Shown here: positions 25,381-33,033 of the stretch, piece after piece
Numbering within the stretch: the stretch's first letter is position 1
Layout: every line of letters starts with the position of its first letter
DNA from: Thermoplasmata archaeon
GTDB taxonomy: Archaea; Thermoplasmatota; Thermoplasmata; Lutacidiplasmatales; UBA184
Assembly: GCA_028864975.1 (NCBI GenBank)
Contig: JAGWLG010000037.1
Location: forward strand, 1-35,913
DNA length: 35,913 bases
Reading direction: 5' to 3'
Made by a program: the position numbers and the translations under genes
The notes under the pieces: generated by a model
Seen by the model: the letters and a program-made list of their open reading frames with translations, nothing else
The model's database searches: none
Told to the model about the DNA's origin: nothing

Positions 25381-25405
25381 ACTTGCAGGACATTGCAATC
25401 CAAGT
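25381..25405. promoter_or_regulatory. Nested palindromes upstream of dsrE2-arsR: candidate ArsR operator
   Basis: ACTTG-N15-CAAGT, TTGCA-N6-TGCAA and perfect ATTGCAAT (25392-25399), 25-49 nt upstream of the dsrE2 ATG. Confidence 0.5.
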
Positions 25406-25661
25406 ATGGAGACGCTATGAGCGACCCGTCAACCAGGGTTCACCTCGTCTCGCCGTGGCAGCCTGGAGCACGCGACGTCGTCGGTTGCCGAGGTCGAGGA
25501 CGTGTCACCCCGTCCTGAAGCGACGTAAGGACTTCGACACCGCCCTCCTCGCCCGGGAGGAGGGAAAGGGCCCGCTCGCCGCCCGCGAAGGGGATGCCGC
25601 CGTCAATCGGACACGACGGCCACCTTTTCTGCGGACCGGCGCCCCCATCCTCGAGGTATCC

Positions 25662-25841
25662 ATGACGGGTTACAACTTCGCCTGCAAGGACATTGGCATG
25701 ACCTGCGGCTTTGAGATCCGGGGTGCGACATCGAAAGACGAGATCTTCCAGGAGGCGGCGGCCCACGCGAAGGTCGCTCACAAGATGGCCACGATCCCGC
25801 CCGACGTGGCGACCAAGGTGAGCGCGGCGATCCACGCCTGA
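25662..25841 (+). CDS. DUF1059-family small metal-binding protein
   Basis: FACKDIGMTCGF..EI...AAAHAKVAH; SD GAGGT before ATG 25662. Confidence 0.8.
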   Translation: MTGYNFACKDIGMTCGFEIRGATSKDEIFQEAAAHAKVAHKMATIPPDVATKVSAAIHA

Positions 25842-25900
25842 AGGGGTCGGTCGTCGCGCGTGAACCCCGGGCCCCCGGTGGCCCGGGGGCGGTCTGCCCC

Positions 25901-26566
25901 TCAGCACTCCGAACCGGAGGGCTCCTCCCTCCTGCGAAGGAGCTGCCCGTAGTGGTGGGGACCAAGGTCCCAGGTACGCACGACCTTGAGCCCGAAAGCG
26001 GAGAGGCGACTCGCCGCCTCCTCGGGAGAGAGGCGGATCTCGAGCGGGGGCCCCCAGGGGGTCTCCTGCTTCGACCAATCGAGATTGACGAAGCATCCGC
26101 CAGGGCGAAGGAGGCGAACGGCCTCCGCGACGGTGGGGTCGGGCACATCATGGAGCACGGTAGCGAGCAGGACGACGTCGGCGACGCCCGAGGGGAGAGG
26201 GATCTTTTCGACCGTCGAGCGGACGGGGTGGAGCCAGGGGAGCTTCTCCCTGCGTCCCCGTTCGCTGAGGTAGTTCACGAGTTCGCTGGAGACATCGATC
26301 GCGTAGACCGCCCCCTTCGCGCCGACGCGCTGCGCTGCGGGGGTCGCAAAGTATCCGGTCCCCGCGCCGACGTCCGCGACGACACTTCCGGGAAGGAGCC
26401 CCACTTCTCGCCATAGGGACTCGGGGTCCAGGATGCGTCGGCGTTCCGGGCTCTCGAGAGCTTCGAGGGCCCGGTCGACGCTCCAACCGGGGCCCCCTCC
26501 GTGGTGGTGATGCGCCTGGTGCCCGTGGGCGCTCGGAGGGACCTTGGAGGGCGCTGGGCGTTTCAT
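25901..26566 (-). CDS. Class I SAM methyltransferase with His-rich N-terminus
   Basis: VADVGAGTGYF, VYAIDV, LLRPGG; HGHQAHHHH; start ATG 26566 overlaps the DUF302 stop. Confidence 0.85.
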   Translation of the reverse strand: MKRPAPSKVPPSAHGHQAHHHHGGGPGWSVDRALEALESPERRRILDPESLWREVGLLPGSVVADVGAGTGYFATPAAQRVGAKGAVYAIDVSSELVNYLSERGRREKLPWLHPVRSTVEKIPLPSGVADVVLLATVLHDVPDPTVAEAVRLLRPGGCFVNLDWSKQETPWGPPLEIRLSPEEAASRLSAFGLKVVRTWDLGPHHYGQLLRRREEPSGSEC

Positions 26567-26970
26567 GGGGCTCGGGGAACGGCGGCCGCCTTGACCGCGT
26601 TCTGCAGTCCGACCTCCACCTCCTCGGCGAGGCTCTCGAACTCCTTCGAGGGCATCAACGAGCGGATGAGGGTCGTCGGTCGGACCAGCGATATCCGGGT
26701 CTTCCCCTTCTCCAGCGACACGACGATCTTGCAGGGGAGGAGCCACGCCGCATCCCGGGAGATCTCCAGCGCTCTCTTCGCCTGCCTCGGAGAACAGACG
26801 TCGAGGATGACGATGGGGTCGATGACCGCACCCAACTTCTCTTGGAGCGTGTCGTGGACGCGGAGCGTTGCCAGGATCCCGAACCCTTCCGCCTTCAGCC
26901 GCTCCTCCAGGGCGCGCACGGCCCCGTCGACCGTGCCGGGGTATTCCACCGAGAGGTCGAGCGAGCTCAA
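26563..26970 (-). CDS. DUF302-family protein
   Basis: EGFGIL..L.VHDTLQEKLG..ILDVCSP..A..AL....A.LLPCKIVV; TTG start overlaps the thioredoxin stop. Confidence 0.85.
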   Translation of the reverse strand: MSSLDLSVEYPGTVDGAVRALEERLKAEGFGILATLRVHDTLQEKLGAVIDPIVILDVCSPRQAKRALEISRDAAWLLPCKIVVSLEKGKTRISLVRPTTLIRSLMPSKEFESLAEEVEVGLQNAVKAAAVPRAP

Positions 26971-27416
26971 GTTCCGTTCCCTCCCAGACCGAAGGCACGG
27001 TGGATCCTCGCGTTCAGGACGTCCTTCGGCATCGCCCCCACGACGCGGTCGACCAGCTTGCCCCGCTGGAAGAGCAGCAACGTCGGGATCCCCTGGACCC
27101 CGAAGGTCGCAGGGATGTCCGGCTCTTCGTCCGAGTTGAGCTTGCCGAACTTCACCGCTCCATCGAGCTCATGCGCCAGGGCATCCACCGTCGGGGCGAG
27201 GTAGCGGCAGGGACCGCACCACGGGGCCCAGACATCGACCACGGCGCGGGGGTTCTCCTGGAGGAACGTGGTGAAGGTCGCGGAGGTGAGATGGGCCGGG
27301 GAGGGGTCCGAGGTCGATGGGGGGGCGGGCGAAGGTCGATGCTGGAGCTCCGCGGTCCGCTTGGCCCGCCAGGCGTAGAGCTCACGGTCCTCGGCCGGCG
27401 GGGTCACCTTGGTCAT
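26967..27416 (-). CDS. trxA: Thioredoxin
   Basis: VVDVWAPWCGPC, GIPTLL, DRVVGA; start trimmed to ATG 27416. Confidence 0.92.
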   Translation of the reverse strand: MTKVTPPAEDRELYAWRAKRTAELQHRPSPAPPSTSDPSPAHLTSATFTTFLQENPRAVVDVWAPWCGPCRYLAPTVDALAHELDGAVKFGKLNSDEEPDIPATFGVQGIPTLLLFQRGKLVDRVVGAMPKDVLNARIHRAFGLGGNGT

Positions 27417-27670
27417 GGGGCACCCCCTCGGAAGCAACAGCTGCGGCCGAGATTGTCCATCGCGCCGGGGTTCCCCCCCATGGCGAGTCCCATATGATCG
27501 GCGCAGAGACTTGGCATCCGTTGGGGTTTCGGGGTCATGCCGGCCTCGCAGTCGTCGGAGGAAAAAGAGCACGCGTGAAATCGGATTGACCCGAAGCGCG
27601 TTCCGGAGGCCTCTCGACCCGCAGAGCCCGATCGGGGCCGCCCTCCAGGACGGGCGGGGAGGAACGGGAC

Positions 27671-28096
27671 TCACTCGGCATCAGGTCGAGCCCCGGGCGA
27701 AGGGTCCCGGGATGAGGCGGCAAGACCGGCGGCGACGTGGGACCCCGAAGAGCCCTGGTCATCCGCGTCCTTCGGGCTCAGGCGGCGAAGCTCCCGCTGC
27801 ACCCGATCCCACTCCTTGCGGGGGACCGCGATGCTCTCTTCATCGTCCTCCTCTTCTTCGCGCTCTTCCCTCGCGAAGAGCAACAGGACCCCGGCGACCA
27901 GGGCGATCGCGCCCAGGACCAGGAACAGCACCCAGTACGGGGGCGTTCCCGAGCGGGCCGGCACCGCATGGAGGGAGATCGCGAGGAAGCAGGACAGCCC
28001 TCCACCGAACAGGAAGGGGAGCGCGACCATCCACCGGTCGGGCGCACCAGGAGGTTCGTGGCCGGTCTCCGGGGCCGGGTCGTCCGGGGCGTTCAC
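27671..28096 (-). CDS. Orphan 2-TM membrane protein with acidic linker and short cytoplasmic helix
   Basis: Two hydrophobic helices, EEREEEEDDEES, VPRKEWDRVQRELRRL; GATATAGG box 34 nt upstream of GTG. Confidence 0.7.
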   Translation of the reverse strand: MNAPDDPAPETGHEPPGAPDRWMVALPFLFGGGLSCFLAISLHAVPARSGTPPYWVLFLVLGAIALVAGVLLLFAREEREEEEDDEESIAVPRKEWDRVQRELRRLSPKDADDQGSSGSHVAAGLAASSRDPSPGARPDAE

Positions 28097-28268
28097 GGGC
28101 GTTCGCCGGGATGGGGTCCACCCCTATATCTCACGCGCCCGGCGGCCCCGGAGCGTGCTTCCTCCTCGGACGGGGGACCACGGCACTTCGGTCAGGCTGT
28201 TCCACGCACCAAGCAGGCAAGTGGTGGGCGACCGATACTTTCAACCCTCCCAAGGTCGTGAAGTCCTC

Positions 28269-29996
28269 GTGGTCAAGGAGTGGGTGGGGCCCGACCAGCC
28301 TCCCTCCGGCGATCTCTCGGAGCTCGAGCAGCTCGCGAACGAGTTCGACGCCCAGCGGCAACCCCGCAAGCCCTCGCGGAAGAATCCCTCCCGAACGAAG
28401 CCAGGGGCGGCAGCGCGTCCTTCGGCTCCCTCCTGGAACCGAGGGGACCTCGCCTTGGTCTTCGTCGGCGCGGCGTGCTTCGTGCTCTCCTACTTCACCT
28501 TCGCCCACGGGAGCCCGCTCCCGAACCGTGTCTACCCCCTCTGGGCCCTGTTCATCGGGCTCGGAGCCATCGCGACCACCGGTGGCCTGCTCTCGATCTA
28601 CGTCGGGCCGGACCCCCCCGGCCTAGGCCTCGAAGACCTCGACCCCACCCAGTTCGTCGTGGTGGAGCGAGAGCGATGGGCCGCGATGCAGTCCGAGCTC
28701 CGTACGCTTCGGAAGCGATCGCAGGGCGGAGGCACGCTCGTTGCCCGTCCACCGTCGGAGCGAGGGGCCGCACCCGTCCCCCGACGTATCTCCCAGGAGG
28801 AGCACCGTGCGGTCCTGGGAGAACTGGAGGCCCTTTCCGGGCAGCGGACGACGGCGCCTGCGGCCCGCCCGCTGACCGTCACCCCCGCCGCCGCCCTCCC
28901 GGCCGAGCGTTCGGGAGGAGGGATGACCGCGATCTCCCGTCCCATCCCTGCCCCCGTCGCGGTCAGGGAACCCCCACCGGAGGAGTACCTCGAGGAGTCA
29001 GCGGGCGAGGCGCCCACCGAGGAGTACGTGGAGATCCCCGAAGTCGGCGAGGTGGAGGGGGACGCCCTCCGTGCAGAGCTCGACGCCCAGCTCAAGGGGG
29101 TGGCCCTCGGGTCCGCTCCGACGCCCCCCTCGGGGACCCCACCGACCCCGCCTTCCACGCCCAGGCCCCCCTCCACAACGGCCCCCCCCTCGACGGCAAC
29201 GTCGCCCGCCCCTCCCGTCGAGCACCCGGCCCCCGAGGAGGACCGCCACTGGGACGAGGAGCCTCAGACTCCCGATGAGCTCGCCGAGATCGAGGACCTG
29301 GCGCGGAAGTTCGCCGCGGTCTCTCAGCCGATGGGGGGGTTCGAGGGTCCTCGGGCGCCGACGGCCCCGGCCATCTCCGCCCCCGCGATGACCGCGGGAC
29401 CCACGACGCTCCCGGCGCGATCCCCGCCATCTTCTCGGTACCCGTGGGAGTCGGCCGCGATCCGCGCGGCCCTGGACTACTGTGTCGACCGTGCCGAAGG
29501 GGAGACCGCCGAGGCGTTCGTCGGTCGGGTCCGCAACGAGCTCAAGAGGTGGACCGCCCAACCGCCCCCGATCCCCCGCGAATCGGACCGGGCTCGGGCC
29601 TTCGTCGGGGCCTTCGTGGAGGCCCAGCGCGTGCTCTCCGCGGAGGAGATCGCGCGGCTCGATTCGGAGTTCCGTGCCCGCGTGGAAGCGCTCGGCAAGG
29701 CGATCGGTCTCCCGATCGGCAGCTCCGAACCGCTCGACGCCTACACCCTCCGCCTGCGGCAGGTCCTCGCCAAAGCGAAGGAGCGTGAAGCCCCTCCTCC
29801 TCCGCGCCCGCCGCCCCCCTCCGTAGGGTCCGCCCCGCCGAGGAGCGGGGAGCCCGACCTTGGGAACTTGAGCGACGAGCTAGAGCGGATGGTCCAGGAC
29901 ATCGAGAGCAGCACCTTCCTGGTGAACCCCCCCTCCCCGGAAGGCTCCGCCAGGGCGAAGAAGGACCCCAAGGGCCAGGATCCCGACACTCGGTGA
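28269..29996 (+). CDS. Orphan 2-TM membrane protein with long Pro/Glu-rich region and helical repeats (575 aa)
   Basis: Two TM helices then a low-complexity region; start GTG 28269 chosen from a CTTTCAA box 31 nt upstream (alternative GTG 28284). Confidence 0.75.
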   Translation: MVKEWVGPDQPPSGDLSELEQLANEFDAQRQPRKPSRKNPSRTKPGAAARPSAPSWNRGDLALVFVGAACFVLSYFTFAHGSPLPNRVYPLWALFIGLGAIATTGGLLSIYVGPDPPGLGLEDLDPTQFVVVERERWAAMQSELRTLRKRSQGGGTLVARPPSERGAAPVPRRISQEEHRAVLGELEALSGQRTTAPAARPLTVTPAAALPAERSGGGMTAISRPIPAPVAVREPPPEEYLEESAGEAPTEEYVEIPEVGEVEGDALRAELDAQLKGVALGSAPTPPSGTPPTPPSTPRPPSTTAPPSTATSPAPPVEHPAPEEDRHWDEEPQTPDELAEIEDLARKFAAVSQPMGGFEGPRAPTAPAISAPAMTAGPTTLPARSPPSSRYPWESAAIRAALDYCVDRAEGETAEAFVGRVRNELKRWTAQPPPIPRESDRARAFVGAFVEAQRVLSAEEIARLDSEFRARVEALGKAIGLPIGSSEPLDAYTLRLRQVLAKAKEREAPPPPRPPPPSVGSAPPRSGEPDLGNLSDELERMVQDIESSTFLVNPPSPEGSARAKKDPKGQDPDTR

Positions 29997-30133
29997 GGCG
30001 GGGGGCGGCCGCGCGTTCCACCCGCATGCCGTCGAGGGGGGGGTGCCACTCCGCCCTCCCCTGAGAAGCCCCGCCCCCGAGGGAAGCACGTTCCCCCGGG
30101 GTCACGTCCCCGTCTTGACCCCCCGGGCCAGAG

Positions 30134-30379
30134 ATGTCCTGTATGCTCGCCGACACGCATCCCACGAGCGACCCGCCGATCCACTGCCCCGCGTGCGGTG
30201 TCCCGATGCGGGAGCAGCCCGACAAGTGGGTCTGTCCGAACCGCAAGTGCGGGGCCACGCTCCCGAAGACCTTCGCGCCCCGGGACGAGACGGACCCGAA
30301 CGCCAGCGCGGCCCACACCCCTTCCGAAGCGCCTCCCCCCGCCACCACGCTCCCGCGGTCGTCGAACACGCCCCGGTAG
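30134..30379 (+). CDS. Small Zn-ribbon protein
   Basis: CPACG...W.CPNRKCG; start could be 30134 or 30143. Confidence 0.6.
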   Translation: MSCMLADTHPTSDPPIHCPACGVPMREQPDKWVCPNRKCGATLPKTFAPRDETDPNASAAHTPSEAPPPATTLPRSSNTPR

Positions 30380-30407
30380 ACCGTCCGGGCTGCGGGGCCA
30401 CCGTTCC

Positions 30408-30839
30408 TCAGTCAGTATCGCCGCGGCGCGCTTCGGGGGCATAGCGATACCAGGCCCGCCCCACCAAGCGATCCCCCGGGACCGGCCCGAACGCCCGACT
30501 GTCGCGGCTCTCGTCCAGGGCGTCTCCTCGTACTTCGACATGGAACCTTGGACCCCCGTGAAGCTCCGGGGGTCCCGTCGTGACCTTCGCCACCCGCTTG
30601 AGGAGGAGCCGTCCCTCGACCTCAGGGTCGTGGAGCACGATCACCTCCCCAGGCGTGGGAGGGGGGAACCTCACGTTCCACCGCTCCACGAGTAGGCGGT
30701 CCCCCGGCTGGAAGGACGGGACCATGCTCCGGTCAGCGACCACGAACCTTCGGCTTCTCAAACGACGGAGGAGCCATCCCCAGCGCCCCCGAGGTCCTCG
30801 GGGAGCTGGCGGCCTCACCGGTGGGGCTTCGACAGGCAT
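30408..30839 (-). CDS. sodX: Ni-SOD maturation protease (S26 family)
   Basis: RSM.P, LLKRV, GD..ESRDSRAFG (Ser/Lys dyad, boxes B/D/E); head-to-head with sodN. Confidence 0.85.
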   Translation of the reverse strand: MPVEAPPVRPPAPRGPRGRWGWLLRRLRSRRFVVADRSMVPSFQPGDRLLVERWNVRFPPPTPGEVIVLHDPEVEGRLLLKRVAKVTTGPPELHGGPRFHVEVRGDALDESRDSRAFGPVPGDRLVGRAWYRYAPEARRGDTD

Positions 30840-30869
30840 CCTTTATTGTCCGCCTCCTTCCGGCCGAAC

Positions 30870-31400
30870 ATGTCCGCGCTATCCCACCTTCGGACCCAGC
30901 TCGCGAGCGCCCTGGACGCCATCGTGCCCCCCGCCACGGTCTACGCGCACTGCGACATCCCGTGCGGGATCTACGACCCCCACGAGGCCCAGATCGCGGC
31001 CTTGACCGTGATCCGGATGAACCAGCTCATCGGCGAGCTCAAGCCCCCGGCGGCCGACGCGAAGCCGGAGGAGCGGACGGTCTTCGTCCACAAGCTCGCA
31101 CGATACACCGCGATCAAGGAACAGCATGCCGAGCGGGTCAAGCACGAGGTCCGCGTCATCTGGGGCGACTACTTCACCCCCGACATGGTGAAGGCCCACC
31201 CGCAGGCGACCGAGCTGGTCTTCAAGATCATGAAGTGCGCCTCCAAGGCCCGGCAGGAAGCGAGCATGGCGTCGGCCGAGGAGCTCAACGGATGCGTGCA
31301 GGAGTTCGCGGAGCTCTTCTGGAAGACCAAGGACACCAAGACGGCGCGGCTCCCCTCCCATCAGAAGGCCGGTGGGACCTTGGTCGTCCCGACGGCGTAG
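30870..31400 (+). CDS. sodN: Nickel superoxide dismutase precursor
   Basis: Leader followed by the Ni-hook HCDIPCGIYDP; WGDYF; CTTTATTG box 29 nt upstream of ATG 30870. Confidence 0.95.
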   Translation: MSALSHLRTQLASALDAIVPPATVYAHCDIPCGIYDPHEAQIAALTVIRMNQLIGELKPPAADAKPEERTVFVHKLARYTAIKEQHAERVKHEVRVIWGDYFTPDMVKAHPQATELVFKIMKCASKARQEASMASAEELNGCVQEFAELFWKTKDTKTARLPSHQKAGGTLVVPTA

Positions 31401-31414
31401 GAGCCGCGGGCGCT

Positions 31415-32464
31415 CTAATCGCCCGCCCGTTTCCTTGCGCCGCCCTTGGCCTTGCGGACCACCCCGCCTCCCTTCGCGGAGGTTGGGGCCTTTCGCGAGC
31501 CCTTGGCGAGGCTAGCAGGGAGTGGCGAGGTCCGCAGGGGGGCGGGCGGAGAAAGGGACGGGTCGCCGCGGGAGGTTGGAGGGACCGGCTCCGGCTCCGC
31601 AGGTACCTCGGCCACCGAGGCCTCGGCCTCCTCCAGTGACGGCTCTTCCTGCTTCGGTTCTGGGAGCGGGGGTTCCACGGAGGGAGATGCTGGCGTTGGA
31701 GGGGTGGAGCTCTCCTCCGCGGCGGGCGAAGCGGAGGCAGGAGGGGGGACCGCGGGGGTCGGTGCGAGTGAGTCGGCGGAGTGGACGAGCTCGGGGGCGT
31801 CCTCCTCTTCGGGAGGGGTCGGAGGTTCCGGCTCCTCCTCCACGGCCGAGGTGGAGCTCGGTGGGGGCGTCCGAGCATGCTCTTCGGTGGGCACAGGGGT
31901 AGGCGTCGGTGCGTCCGCGGGGCCGAGGGCCGCAGAGCGAGGAGGGGGAGCGACCAAGGGCTGCGAGTTCTCTGGAGGAGAGGGGCTTGAGGGAGCTTCG
32001 GGGGCAGGGACGTGCGCCGGGATCCTCGGGGGAGGCAGGTCGAGGTAGGGGGTCGAGGGGGGCGAGGTCGGTGGCGTAGCCACAATCGGGGGCGCCGGGG
32101 GTGGTGTCGGAGTGGGAGACACGACCGAGGGGATGGGCGGCAGGGCGGGTTTCGGGACCTCGGAGATCATGGCCTTCGGGGCCGCGACCATGGGGGTGGT
32201 CTTCGGCGCCGGCGCGGGGGTCGCGTTGACCGGGATCAGTGTGCCGGGGGAGAGGCCCCTTCCCGTGCGGAGGATCTCACGGTCCGTGACGTAGAAGTCC
32301 GTGAACCCGCACTCTCGGCAGATCTTGGCCTTGAACACTCCTTCGTTGCGCAAGGTCGCGGGGTTCAAGGCCAGTACCGACTTGGCCCCCAGAACCTTGT
32401 AGGTGACGATCTCCCGCGCCCAGACCAGGTCGATCGATCCGCACCGGGCGCACTTCTCGACCAT
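31415..32464 (-). CDS. Zn-ribbon (DUF2082-like) domain plus Pro-rich disordered region and basic tail
   Basis: CARCGS...ICRECGFTDFY; long Pro/Glu/Ser/Thr-rich stretch; tail KGSRKAPTSAKGGGVVRKAKGGARKRAGD; CTTAAG box 33 nt upstream. Confidence 0.75.
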   Translation of the reverse strand: MVEKCARCGSIDLVWAREIVTYKVLGAKSVLALNPATLRNEGVFKAKICRECGFTDFYVTDREILRTGRGLSPGTLIPVNATPAPAPKTTPMVAAPKAMISEVPKPALPPIPSVVSPTPTPPPAPPIVATPPTSPPSTPYLDLPPPRIPAHVPAPEAPSSPSPPENSQPLVAPPPRSAALGPADAPTPTPVPTEEHARTPPPSSTSAVEEEPEPPTPPEEEDAPELVHSADSLAPTPAVPPPASASPAAEESSTPPTPASPSVEPPLPEPKQEEPSLEEAEASVAEVPAEPEPVPPTSRGDPSLSPPAPLRTSPLPASLAKGSRKAPTSAKGGGVVRKAKGGARKRAGD

Positions 32465-32533
32465 CGGAGGGACGTGGAGCCGGGGTCTCCTCTTAAGGTG
32501 GCCGTCGCCGAAAGAGCCGAACTCTCCGGCGGC

Positions 32534-32923
32534 TCACGCCGGCAGGTCCACGATCTCGGCGTGCGGGACTCCTCCAAGGGAGCCCGCCCCCTCGACGGCG
32601 AGAAGGCCGGCCTTGACCGCCCAGCCGATGGTACGTGCGCCAAGCAGGTTCACGATCGTCCCTCGCCGCACCTGGGCGACGAACTCTTCTTCGCTCACCG
32701 CGATGCGGCCGTAGAAGTGGGAGGAGACCTTCACCGGGCACTTTCCCACCTGGAGCTCGGTCTCGATGAGCTCGCTGTCGCAAGCCGCGACGACGACCTC
32801 TCCCCGCACCCGGTGCACCCGCAGGACCACGTTCCCGGGCCTCGGCGGAGGAAGGTCGTGCTCGGCGACGCTACCGCCGTTCCCAGGAGCTACGCCCAGG
32901 CCCTCCGGGGCTCCCGTCCCCAT
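32534..32923 (-). CDS. DUF424-family protein
   Basis: VVVAACDSEL..V..HFYG..NLLG..AV..G..GVPHAEI; conserved part begins near GTG 32830, so the start is uncertain. Confidence 0.85.
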   Translation of the reverse strand: MGTGAPEGLGVAPGNGGSVAEHDLPPPRPGNVVLRVHRVRGEVVVAACDSELIETELQVGKCPVKVSSHFYGRIAVSEEEFVAQVRRGTIVNLLGARTIGWAVKAGLLAVEGAGSLGGVPHAEIVDLPA

Positions 32924-33033
32924 GCGCTCCTCCGGCCGTGGAAGGGCGGAAGCTCCTTTTCAACCCCTGCCTTCCAGGCCCGTCGCCAAGCCCTCAAATA
33001 TCTCCCCCGTCGGGGCACCCGGCCCCCATCGCG

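Noticed and set aside
26567-26998. N-terminal part of the listed 365-aa methyltransferase ORF
   Set aside because: Overlaps DUF302 in another frame; low-complexity Arg/Gly/Pro text; ATG 26566 fits translational coupling
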